From Aeropyrum pernix K1 (GTDB lineage: Archaea > Thermoproteota > Thermoprotei_A > Sulfolobales > Acidilobaceae): a stretch of 32,000 nucleotides of DNA. Shown here piece by piece: positions 7,657 through 16,263 of this stretch. The DNA is taken from positions 1,140,001 to 1,172,000 of the forward strand of contig NC_000854.2 in NCBI RefSeq assembly GCF_000011125.1, in the 5' to 3' direction. Position numbers and translations under genes: made by a program. Each line of letters begins with the position of its first letter. Within the stretch, counting starts at the first letter, position 1. The notes under the pieces are model-generated. The model made no database searches. It saw only the letters and a program-made list of their open reading frames with translations, and was not told the DNA's origin.

Positions 7657-9069
7657 CTATAGCCTTGCAAGCGGGCTCCTAGGCTTGACTCCAGCATCAA
7701 CTAGCAGGCGTACGGCAGCGTTATGGCCAGGCACGCCTGACACCTGACCTCCCGGGTGGCTGGAGGCCGAGCCGTGGTACAACCCACTAATAGGTGTAGT
7801 ATAGTCGGACCAGCCTTCGAAAGGCCTCTTATCGAGTATTCTGCCGCCGTTTAGGGGGATGTGATTGGGGTTGCCCGACGGGTTTAGAAACTCCATGGCA
7901 AGCACATGCCTGTCTATGCTCTCAACCTTATCTACGCAGCCCACACCCGCCCTGCTCAGTATCTCCTGCGCTTCCGCGCCGTCGAAAAGGCCTGTAAGCG
8001 CCACAACATGCCTCCCGGACAGCTCGTCCAGGCCTTCTGGATGCAGCGTCGGGTATGCAGCCTCAAACCAGTAACCCCTTCCCCACACCTCCACGAGCGG
8101 CGGCCTACCGCCAGCCCGGTACGGTGGTTCGGGCCTGCAGCTGGTCAAAACATTAACCCTGTCGGCTATAATAGAGGTTTTGGAGATCTTATCCAGCTCG
8201 CTGAGGACCTCCCTGCCAAGCACGTCCCGAGAGTCTCCCAACGCGTTCGGCAGCGCGACTATACTCCCAGAGTACACTACCCTTCCCGCCTCTAGAACCT
8301 TCCCACCAACCTCGACTCCCTGCACCCTGCCAGCCTTAACCCTTATCACCGCAGGCCCTAGACCCCTAAACACGTCCACCCCGTGCTCTCGAGCCTTCTC
8401 TTCCAAGTCAAGAAGTAGAGGGGCCCAACCCCTTGGGAGCTGCATCCACACACCCCCGTTCCACAGGTGGAGGAGGGATGTTGCCCCCGGCTCAGACTCG
8501 TAGCCAGGATATGTGAGCAGCCCCCAGAGCTCCCTGGGAAGAAGCCTCCCCAGGGTCTTGTCGAACCTCTCGTAGAATGCGCTCGCCAGCTGTTCACCTC
8601 CGCATCGCCTCAGCCTCTCAGAAGCCTCCTCAAGGCTGGGCGGCCTTATAGAGAATATTATCTCGCCGCTACACCGTCTCCAGGATTCGAGGAGGCCCAC
8701 AAACATACCTGCCTCAGACTCGGGCAACCCCTTCTCCACGAACTCCCTCCTAAGCGCATCACGGCTTAACCACCACCTGAAAACAGTCTCACCAGAGAGG
8801 GAGTCCACCACAACCCAGGAGGGATCGGTGAGCACGGTATAGTTCTTCAAATCTATACCCAGAAAACGTGCAAGGTCCTCGGGGAAAAGGCCTAACGCGT
8901 AAGCAACCCGAGGGTATCTAACACCCAAGGACAGGCCGTCGGAAGAAAGGCCCCCCAGCTGGTCGCGAGCCTCAACCAGAGCCACACGAATACCGTGGAG
9001 GGCAAGCGTTAATGCGGCAACCAAACCATTGTGGCCACCACCAACTACCACAACATCATAGCGTGGCAC
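7657..9069 (-). CDS. FAD/NAD(P)-binding oxidoreductase, phytoene-desaturase-related (COG1233-like)
   Basis: The N-terminal Rossmann motif YDVVVVGGGHNGLVAA...E.R..LGG and the C-terminal GLYHGSASSHPGGQVSG are typical of the CrtI-like family. GTG start. Confidence 0.8.
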   Translation of the reverse strand: MPRYDVVVVGGGHNGLVAALTLALHGIRVALVEARDQLGGLSSDGLSLGVRYPRVAYALGLFPEDLARFLGIDLKNYTVLTDPSWVVVDSLSGETVFRWWLSRDALRREFVEKGLPESEAGMFVGLLESWRRCSGEIIFSIRPPSLEEASERLRRCGGEQLASAFYERFDKTLGRLLPRELWGLLTYPGYESEPGATSLLHLWNGGVWMQLPRGWAPLLLDLEEKAREHGVDVFRGLGPAVIRVKAGRVQGVEVGGKVLEAGRVVYSGSIVALPNALGDSRDVLGREVLSELDKISKTSIIADRVNVLTSCRPEPPYRAGGRPPLVEVWGRGYWFEAAYPTLHPEGLDELSGRHVVALTGLFDGAEAQEILSRAGVGCVDKVESIDRHVLAMEFLNPSGNPNHIPLNGGRILDKRPFEGWSDYTTPISGLYHGSASSHPGGQVSGVPGHNAAVRLLVDAGVKPRSPLARL

Positions 9070-9287
9070 GCCTATTACACCCTACCACTAGTAAGATCTA
9101 CCGGCGAGGATAGAAGATTCGGGTATGAGAGGAGATAAAGACTCTCCACGACAGCAATTCCAGTGTTCCAAACTGGGAGGCTATATTGATACCGAGATAG
9201 AATGGGAATTCTCACATTGTTACGTTATGGGGTGACAATCTATATTGCTTGCTCCCGTCGCGCTGTCTCGCTTGCAGCCTCTCCCGG

Positions 9288-9293
9288 AAAAAA
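9288..9293 (-). terminator. T6 run downstream of the first Alba gene
   Basis: The minus strand reads GGGTTTTTTCCGGG. This is the first oligo-T tract after the Alba stop at 9338. Archaeal termination commonly uses T-runs. Confidence 0.4.
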
Positions 9294-9337
9294 CCCTGTT
9301 TCTCCTGTTAGCCTGTTTTAGAGGTTTTGCTGCTGTT

Positions 9338-9646
9338 TTAGGCAGACTCGCCCGCCTTCTCGAGGCAGATCTCTATGCTGCTGACCCTCCTGGTCCTGGT
9401 CTGGCCCTCTGGCGTCTGCACCTCGATCTCCTGGCTGTCGATCTTTATGTCCTTTATCTCGATGTTCTTTGCGAACCTCTTTCTAACTATCTCTACAGCG
9501 TCTACGGCGCGGTTTATGTTCCTGCCCCTGGCCTTCACGACCACCTGGTTGGTACCCTGCTCCATCAGGGTTGTTAGTATGGCTAGAACATAGTTCATTA
9601 CAGGCTTCCTACCGATCCTGACCTCAGGTGCTCCCTCACATGCCAT
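9338..9646 (-). CDS. albA: Alba (Sac10b family) DNA/RNA-binding chromatin protein, paralogue 1
   Basis: [15 protein letters not shown]...[24 protein letters not shown] is the canonical Alba core. Confidence 0.95.
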   Translation of the reverse strand: MACEGAPEVRIGRKPVMNYVLAILTTLMEQGTNQVVVKARGRNINRAVDAVEIVRKRFAKNIEIKDIKIDSQEIEVQTPEGQTRTRRVSSIEICLEKAGESA

Positions 9647-9741
9647 GCCTCTGCCACCTCGTCTGGTTCTACGTTGTTCTGTCGTTACCCTAATAGTCTC
9701 AACACGTGTTTTTAAGCTTTACTACCCCCCGTAATCGAGTG

Positions 9742-9751
9742 TTACTATAAT
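9742..9751 (+). promoter_or_regulatory. TATA-like box for the DUF763 gene (leaderless or near-leaderless mRNA predicted)
   Basis: TTACTATAAT is centred about 32 nt upstream of the ATG at 9779. No Shine-Dalgarno sequence lies in between. Confidence 0.4.
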
Positions 9752-9778
9752 GGGATTGGCATAGGCGGTGGCACCCGC

Positions 9779-10936
9779 ATGACTGGGGTGGCAGATCTCC
9801 CCCTACACAGCGGCAAGGTCCCTCCGTGGATGTTGAAGGTCATGGAGAGGCTGGCCAGGTCTATAGCAAGAGCTATAGTTGAGATCCATGGGCCTGACGC
9901 TGTTGTTAGGGGTCTTGCAGACCCATACTGGTTCCAAGCCTTCAACAACGCTATAGGGATGGACTGGGATAGCAGCGGGAGCACAACGGTTCTCCTTGCA
10001 GTTCTTAGGAAGGTTAGCCTGAGCGAGGACCTCGGCTTTATAGTAGTTGGAGGTAAGGGTAGGAGGATGAGGGGTATAGACAGTGAGGTAGAAGCTCTGG
10101 CGGATAGGGTTGGTATAGACGCTTCTAAGCTGCTAGGATTCAGCCAGGCGGCTGGCAGGGTATCTAACGTGCTCCTCCAGGACGGCTACTCGCCCTACAT
10201 ACATGCTGTCGTAGCCTCGGAGACCGGTCTAATGGTTGCGGTCCAGCAGGGTATGAACGTGGAAGCAGGTCTCTCGAGGAGGTACCATGTGGACAGGGAA
10301 TCCGTAGAGGAGCCTTTTAGAGGCGTCTCGGGCATTCTCAGCCATTCTGGCGTTCTCAATGCAGTAGCGTCAGAAAGCAAGGAGGCTAGAAAGCTCTATG
10401 TAGACCTGGCCCGCGAGGGCGCTAGCAGGATTGAGAGGATGGTTCTAGAGGCCTCTAGGATGGTTAGTGGAGCCCCTACACTTCTAGACTACATGGACCG
10501 TCACCCAGGCGCCAGCCATAGGAATGCGTCGGGGGGTCCGAGGAGTTCCAAGCCTTACTATAAGCCAGTGCCTATAGACTCAAGGACGAGAAAGTATCTA
10601 GAGATGCTTGCCGATAACCCCCCTGTAGATGAGCAGGACCTCCTAACGGCCCCTGGCTTGACACCCAAGGTTGTCAGGGCTCTCGCGCTCGTCGCAGACA
10701 TTATATACGGTGTCCCCACGAGCCACAGAGACCCGGTCTCCACCCCGCTAAACCCCTTTGTCTACGCGTATTCGGTGGGCGGTAAGGATGGAGTGCCCTA
10801 TAGGTTTGACAGGCGGACTGCAGAGCGGGTTGTACTAGCTCTCGAAGAAGCAGTTGAGCTTGCCCGGCTCGGTAGAGACGAGAAGCTCAGGGCTCTAAGG
10901 AGGCTGAGGAGGCTACTAGACCCGTTGAGATCCTGA
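9779..10936 (+). CDS. DUF763 domain protein
   Basis: The N-terminus ADLPLHSGKVPPWMLKVMERLA...GLADPYWFQAFNNAIGMDWDSSGSTTV matches the conserved DUF763 block as I recall it. The C-terminal part has a helix-hairpin-helix-like LTAPGLTPKVVRALAL. Confidence 0.8.
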   Translation: MTGVADLPLHSGKVPPWMLKVMERLARSIARAIVEIHGPDAVVRGLADPYWFQAFNNAIGMDWDSSGSTTVLLAVLRKVSLSEDLGFIVVGGKGRRMRGIDSEVEALADRVGIDASKLLGFSQAAGRVSNVLLQDGYSPYIHAVVASETGLMVAVQQGMNVEAGLSRRYHVDRESVEEPFRGVSGILSHSGVLNAVASESKEARKLYVDLAREGASRIERMVLEASRMVSGAPTLLDYMDRHPGASHRNASGGPRSSKPYYKPVPIDSRTRKYLEMLADNPPVDEQDLLTAPGLTPKVVRALALVADIIYGVPTSHRDPVSTPLNPFVYAYSVGGKDGVPYRFDRRTAERVVLALEEAVELARLGRDEKLRALRRLRRLLDPLRS

Positions 10937-10984
10937 CTTAACCATCCCCCAGTTTCGCCACGCCCTCTGCTTTGCAGCTGCTTC

Positions 10985-12115
10985 CTACTCTACCCTCACC
11001 ATCTTCCACTTACCATAACCTATCAACACCCTGATGTAGCCCCGCATCATCCTGTCTACATCATCATCGCCTGTATCAACCCTCAGTCTCCCCAGACTCC
11101 TCAACTTCTCGGGGTCTGAGACGACTACTATTCCCTCTTTACCCACCTTCCTGACCACACGGGGGCTTATCTGCTGGTTTCCCCGGCCCAGTATGAATCC
11201 CTGCCCGCCTATGGGGGAGAGTACAATCACTGTTCTAGGGTGCTTCTCGATAAGCTCGATTATCGCCTCCTCGTCGAGATCCTTACCAACCAGCCTTTTG
11301 TTGTGAACTGCGTCGACGCCGAGGAGCGTCTTCCTGACACCCAGGTACTCGGCTATTCTTGCCACAGTACGCCCTGGCCCTAGTATATATAGTGTGCAGT
11401 CTCTGTACAGCTCTTCTGCGAAGAACCTAGCTATATCTTCCACGCCCTCCCCGCCTGCCAAGGTTTTAGGGCTCTCTACAACACCCTCAGCCACGGGTAC
11501 GAGGAGCTTTCCAAAAGTCCTAAGCACCAGCCTGTCACGCCTAAACTCCTCCTCGTCCACGTCAACGACAGGCCTCTCCTCGAGCCTGGCCCTACCCTCT
11601 AGGAAGGCTGTCACAACCCTGGCTGCAGAGCGGGGGTTGACCGCGAATACGCCGCTGTAGACTTTAACCCCCGAAGGTATCCCTAGCACTGGGAGCCTCA
11701 TGTCCACAGCGTTTAGAATATCCCTAGCGGTACCATCGCCCCCGGCGAAGACGAGGAGATCAACCTCATTCTCAATAGTTCTTGCACATCTTATCGTGTC
11801 GTGGGCCGTTGTAGGCCATATCCGGGGGTCGACGCACGGCACCGTCTCCACTTTTACTGCTCTCAGGCGGCCCGCCTCCCTGGCTACCGACTCCCCCATT
11901 CTTCCTGGGGGGAGCAGCAGCTTAACCTGTATACCTTTGCTGGCTAGCTCGTCGTCGAGAGACTCCAGAAAGGCTCTGGCCCTCCTCGGCGCAACAAGGT
12001 CTGCCCCCATCATGAGGGCTCTAATGCCGTAGGCCCCGTCGCTACCTTTAAAGCCTAGTCTACCACCTACGCCAGCGAGAGGGTTTACTATGAGCCCGAT
12101 TATCCTGTCTTTCAA
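10985..12115 (-). CDS. ATP-NAD kinase-like protein (COG3199, predicted polyphosphate/ATP-dependent NAD kinase family)
   Basis: Contains the N-terminal IGLIVNPLAGVGGRLGFKGSDG and the GGDGT motif (VFAGGDGTARDI). The TTG start overlaps the stop of the upstream permease (TTGA). Confidence 0.75.
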   Translation of the reverse strand: MKDRIIGLIVNPLAGVGGRLGFKGSDGAYGIRALMMGADLVAPRRARAFLESLDDELASKGIQVKLLLPPGRMGESVAREAGRLRAVKVETVPCVDPRIWPTTAHDTIRCARTIENEVDLLVFAGGDGTARDILNAVDMRLPVLGIPSGVKVYSGVFAVNPRSAARVVTAFLEGRARLEERPVVDVDEEEFRRDRLVLRTFGKLLVPVAEGVVESPKTLAGGEGVEDIARFFAEELYRDCTLYILGPGRTVARIAEYLGVRKTLLGVDAVHNKRLVGKDLDEEAIIELIEKHPRTVIVLSPIGGQGFILGRGNQQISPRVVRKVGKEGIVVVSDPEKLRSLGRLRVDTGDDDVDRMMRGYIRVLIGYGKWKMVRVE

Positions 12116-12936
12116 GTAAGCCCCACGCCCCTAGGCCCCATTGTCCTGTAGTCTCTATACGCTACATACCTTGTTACAACCACAAACAATGTGAGGAGGG
12201 CTAGGAATAGTAGAGATGCTAGGAGCTCGCCCTGAAAGCCTAGGTAGGGCCTGTCGCCGGCTACGGCGTAACGCATTATCTCCGCAGGGTGGCTATAGGG
12301 TGTTAGGACGGCGACGAGTCTGAGGGGCCATATCAGCGTTTCCACGTCGACCGCCACACCACCTATGAAGAACATGGCTAGGTTCATGACGTCAAGGCTC
12401 GGCGCAGGCACTTTAAGCTTTAAGCCGATGAAGGCCAGTCCCAGCGCATATAGCGTGGACATGAGGGCGAGGATGAGTAGAGAGAGGGCTAGAAGCGGGG
12501 GGCTTCTCACGCTAAATATGTTAACACCTGTCGAGGAGTAGAGCATTATCCCAACCCCCAGCGAGGACAGCAGGCTTATAGCCAGACTAGGAATAGCGCG
12601 CGTGGCTAGGAATAGCGTGTGGCTTGCGCTGGAAGCTTCAACCTCATCCATCAGCCCGATTGCTACGTAGAACTTAATCCAATTGCCTATAGACCATACG
12701 GGCGTGCTCATCAAGCTCCACATGACAACGCTGAAGAAGAGGACCGGCACCACCTCTACATAGTCACCGGGGGGTGTGAAGGCTAGGCCGGCGAAGACGA
12801 ATATAAGTAGCCATAGAGCATCTATTATAGCCCAGTTCACCAGGTTGTACCTCATTCTCCAGGCTCTCTTCGAATGCGCCCAAACCATTACTGTGAACTG
12901 GGTGAGGATCCTGGATATGCCGCCGAGCATGCTCAA
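12112..12936 (-). CDS. ABC-2 type transporter permease
   Basis: The 274-aa ORF has about 6 hydrophobic helices. It lies immediately downstream of, and overlaps, another permease and an ABC ATPase. Confidence 0.75.
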   Translation of the reverse strand: MSMLGGISRILTQFTVMVWAHSKRAWRMRYNLVNWAIIDALWLLIFVFAGLAFTPPGDYVEVVPVLFFSVVMWSLMSTPVWSIGNWIKFYVAIGLMDEVEASSASHTLFLATRAIPSLAISLLSSLGVGIMLYSSTGVNIFSVRSPPLLALSLLILALMSTLYALGLAFIGLKLKVPAPSLDVMNLAMFFIGGVAVDVETLIWPLRLVAVLTPYSHPAEIMRYAVAGDRPYLGFQGELLASLLFLALLTLFVVVTRYVAYRDYRTMGPRGVGLT

Positions 12937-13796
12937 CTGGAAACACCTCTCCTCTGCGCGACCTTCTCCAGATACTCGAGGGCCAGCACGCCGCCCACGT
13001 TATATAGAAGCGACATTAAGGCGAAGGCGTACAGCACTATGTAGATGACCTTCACACCAGGAGCGTCGAATCCCGACACGAGCTTGGCCGACTCCACTAC
13101 ATATGTTACCGGGATTATCTTTGAAGCCCACTCGAGAATCCTGGGTAGCAGCTCGACGGGGTAGAAGACCCCCGAAAGAAGGAGCAGTAGTGGGTTAAGG
13201 AAGCCTAGGACGTTGCCCTCCTCCCTGGCTACTATAGAGAGGAGGCTTGCTACAATGGCAATACCCATTAACGGTATCATGCCAAGGAGAACTATGGCAA
13301 CTATAACCATGAGCCTGAAGAACGAGTCTAGCCCGCCAAGTACGAGTATAAGGGGGACTATGGAAACGTAGTTTATAGCCACTGAGAACACGGTTAGAGC
13401 GGTACCTGACGCCAGCAGGTAGACGGTGAACCTTGGAGATGCCAGGATAACGTAGGGCAGAGTGCCCAGCCAGCGGTGCCAGAGTAGCGAGTTTGACGTA
13501 TAATCGATTATACCTACTGCTGTGAAAGCCACTGCACTAGCGACCGCCAGGAAGATTAGAGGGTCCTCGACACCCGTAACATGCCTATAATAATCTATGC
13601 TACCGTAGCTTGTCCCCAGTATATAAATTGATAGCATCATCAGATACGGCCACGAGAGAGTTATTATGGTGTACTGCTTGTTGCGCCTAAGCTCCATAAG
13701 CCTAAACTCGGCCTCAGCTACGGCAAGCCTTAGGAAAACGCGGAATAGCTTACCAGCCGAGTAGGATCCTAGGCTCATGGCGGCTATGCCCCTCAC
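12933..13796 (-). CDS. ABC-2 type transporter permease
   Basis: 287-aa polytopic ORF. Its GTG start overlaps the ATPase stop (GTGA). Confidence 0.75.
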   Translation of the reverse strand: MRGIAAMSLGSYSAGKLFRVFLRLAVAEAEFRLMELRRNKQYTIITLSWPYLMMLSIYILGTSYGSIDYYRHVTGVEDPLIFLAVASAVAFTAVGIIDYTSNSLLWHRWLGTLPYVILASPRFTVYLLASGTALTVFSVAINYVSIVPLILVLGGLDSFFRLMVIVAIVLLGMIPLMGIAIVASLLSIVAREEGNVLGFLNPLLLLLSGVFYPVELLPRILEWASKIIPVTYVVESAKLVSGFDAPGVKVIYIVLYAFALMSLLYNVGGVLALEYLEKVAQRRGVSS

Positions 13797-14830
13797 CGCT
13801 GGGCTATACTCCCTTTAACACGCCCCGACCTCGCTTCACCGCTCTCGCTTACAGCAACAAACACGTCCTCGAGAGAAGGCTCGAGAGCCTTTATCTCGAG
13901 TATCTTAAACCTGTACTGGTAGGCTAGCCGTGTTATACGGTCGATTATGGGTTCTGCAGGCTCGTCACGGTTTACCGAGACCCTGAATGTGAGTATACCG
14001 TCTGAGAACGTTACGCCTCCTACTATCCTGTTGCCATACTCGCCCTTAACATCATAGAAGAACTTTTTAGCGGCATGGCCGCTAGCCTTAACCCTGAACT
14101 CCAGGTTTATCGAGCTGAAAACCCTCCTCTTAAGCTCGTCCGGAGTCCCTTCCATAGCTATTCTGCCTCCAATTATAATGCCCACTCTGTCGCTGATCAT
14201 CTCAGCCTCAACCATGTTATGTGTAGTTATAAATATAGTTCGGCCCTCCGAGGCCAGACTCCTAATAACGCCTCTAATAGTCCTGGCGCTAGCGGGGTCC
14301 AGCCCCAAAGTTGGCTCGTCTAATATGAGGACCTCAGGATCCTTTAAGAGGACCCTGGCGAGCCCCAGCCTGGCCTTCATGCCCAAGCTCATCTCCTCGA
14401 ACGGCTTATCAGCGCCGCCTAAGTCGGTTAGGCCTACTAGATCTAGAACCTCCTTTATCCTGCTCTTCAGCTCGCCTTGAGGTATTCCATAGATCCTCCC
14501 GAAATAGTAGAGGTTCTCCCTTCCGGTAAGCTTCCAATAGAAACCGCGCTCCACCGAAAGCATAACACCTATCCTTTTCCTGACCTCCCACCTCTCCTTC
14601 ACGACATCGAAACCCGCAACCCTAGCTTCACCTCCATCCGGATCTAGAAGCGTGGATAGGATCCTGACCGTCGTAGTCTTCCCAGCCCCGTTGGGTCCGA
14701 GGAAAGAGTAGATCTCACCTTCGTAAACGCTGAAAGATACTCCTTTAAGCGCCTCCACTACCCTCCTCCTAATCCTCCCGCTGACAAAGCGCTTCACCAG
14801 TCCGCGAGCCTCTATCATCGCACCTGCCAC
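13793..14830 (-). CDS. ABC transporter ATP-binding protein (ABC-2/DrrA-like, with a C-terminal extension)
   Basis: Walker A is GPNGAGKTTT, the signature is LSLGMKARL, and Walker B is LILDEPTLGLD. The likely real start is the ATG at 14818 (MIEARGL). Confidence 0.92.
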   Translation of the reverse strand: MAGAMIEARGLVKRFVSGRIRRRVVEALKGVSFSVYEGEIYSFLGPNGAGKTTTVRILSTLLDPDGGEARVAGFDVVKERWEVRKRIGVMLSVERGFYWKLTGRENLYYFGRIYGIPQGELKSRIKEVLDLVGLTDLGGADKPFEEMSLGMKARLGLARVLLKDPEVLILDEPTLGLDPASARTIRGVIRSLASEGRTIFITTHNMVEAEMISDRVGIIIGGRIAMEGTPDELKRRVFSSINLEFRVKASGHAAKKFFYDVKGEYGNRIVGGVTFSDGILTFRVSVNRDEPAEPIIDRITRLAYQYRFKILEIKALEPSLEDVFVAVSESGEARSGRVKGSIAQR

Positions 14831-15123
14831 AGGCCCTACACCCGCTTCAAGGCTTAGTGTTGATTAATTTTCCCTTTAGCAGCCGCAGGGGCTGCTATAG
14901 CTATGTCCAGTATTTTTAGTTTGCTCCTGGCAGTAATTATGTTGTTAAACGCGTAAAGCCTGCAGCGGAGGGGAATATTTTATAAATAATGTTTAAACTC
15001 TTCATACCCAACATCCTGATACTATTATTCGTCCGGTGCTCGGTTAAAGGGGGGTCCAGGCCAAGCGTCAAGACTGATGGCGATAGGTATATCCTTCCAG
15101 AATTCTTTTTGGTTTAGTAAAAG

Positions 15124-15130
15124 TTTATAG
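15124..15130 (+). promoter_or_regulatory. TATA-like box upstream of gyaR
   Basis: TTTATAG lies about 43 nt upstream of the ATG at 15170. Confidence 0.35.
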
Positions 15131-15169
15131 ATAGTGGGATGCGTCTATAGCCTTTGGTGCGGTAGCGCT

Positions 15170-16177
15170 ATGAAGAGGCCTAGGGTTTTTGTTACAAGAG
15201 AAGTGTTCCCCGAAGCCCTTGAACTCCTCTCTAAGTACTATGATGTTGAAGTTTGGGATAAGTATCAGCCGCCTCCGTACGAGACTCTTCTCTCGAAGGC
15301 TAGGGAGGCGGATGCACTCTACACCCTCTTGACAGACAGGATAGACTGTGATCTTCTGAGTCAGGCTCCCAGACTAAGGATTGTCGCCCAGATGGCAGTA
15401 GGTTTCGATAATATTGACGTTGAGTGTGCAACGAGGCTGGGAATATACGTAACTAACACGCCGGGAGTTCTCACCGAGGCCACTGCCGAGTTCACCTGGG
15501 CTTTAATACTGGCAGCCGCGAGGCGGGTGGTGGAGGCCGACCATTTCGTCAGGTGGGGCGAGTGGTGGAGGCTGAGGACTGGCTGGCATCCCATGATGAT
15601 GCTGGGCGTGGAGCTTAGAGGGAAAACACTAGGCATCCTGGGCATGGGCAGGATAGGATCTAGAGTAGCGGAGATAGGTAAGGCGTTTGGAATGAGGATA
15701 ATTTATCACAGTAGGTCTAGGAAGAGGGAGATTGAGAAGGAGTTAGGGGCTGAGTATAGGAGCCTTGAGGACCTCCTGCGGGAGTCGGACATACTTAGCA
15801 TACACCTCCCTCTGACGGATGAAACAAGGCATTTAATAGGGGAGAGCGAGTTGAAGCTAATGAAGAAGACGGCGATACTTGTGAACACGGGGAGAGGTGC
15901 TATAGTTGATACTGGGGCTCTTGTGAAAGCCCTTAGGGAGGGTTGGATAGCGGCTGCTGCACTTGACGTCTTCGAGGAGGAGCCTCTTAACCCTAACCAT
16001 CCGCTAACAGCGTTCAAAAACGTCGTACTGGCCCCTCATGCTGCCAGTGCCACTAGAGAGACCAGGCTTAGGATGGCTATGATGGCTGCGGAGAACCTGG
16101 TAGCATTCGCTCAGGGAAAAGTGCCTCCTAACCTGGTTAACAGAGAAGTGGTCAAGGTAAGGCAGCCCGGATTCTAG
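15170..16177 (+). CDS. gyaR: Glyoxylate reductase / D-2-hydroxyacid dehydrogenase
   Basis: Near-colinear similarity (from memory) to Pyrococcus GyaR: MKRPRVFVTREV..., GIYVTNTPGVLTEATAEF, GLGRIG-type NAD motif GILGMGRIGSRVA, GWIAAAALDVFEEEP, PPNLVNREVVKVRQPGF. The ORF track starts at the GTG at 15134, but the ATG at 15170 fits the homologues. Confidence 0.92.
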   Translation: MKRPRVFVTREVFPEALELLSKYYDVEVWDKYQPPPYETLLSKAREADALYTLLTDRIDCDLLSQAPRLRIVAQMAVGFDNIDVECATRLGIYVTNTPGVLTEATAEFTWALILAAARRVVEADHFVRWGEWWRLRTGWHPMMMLGVELRGKTLGILGMGRIGSRVAEIGKAFGMRIIYHSRSRKREIEKELGAEYRSLEDLLRESDILSIHLPLTDETRHLIGESELKLMKKTAILVNTGRGAIVDTGALVKALREGWIAAAALDVFEEEPLNPNHPLTAFKNVVLAPHAASATRETRLRMAMMAAENLVAFAQGKVPPNLVNREVVKVRQPGF

Positions 16178-16263
16178 TTCCCGAAGCATGAGAAGAGCCC
16201 CAAGCTAAAACCGCCGTTAATAAGCCCCCGGGGTGATAATGCTGTAGATTGAGTTGAGCGGCT

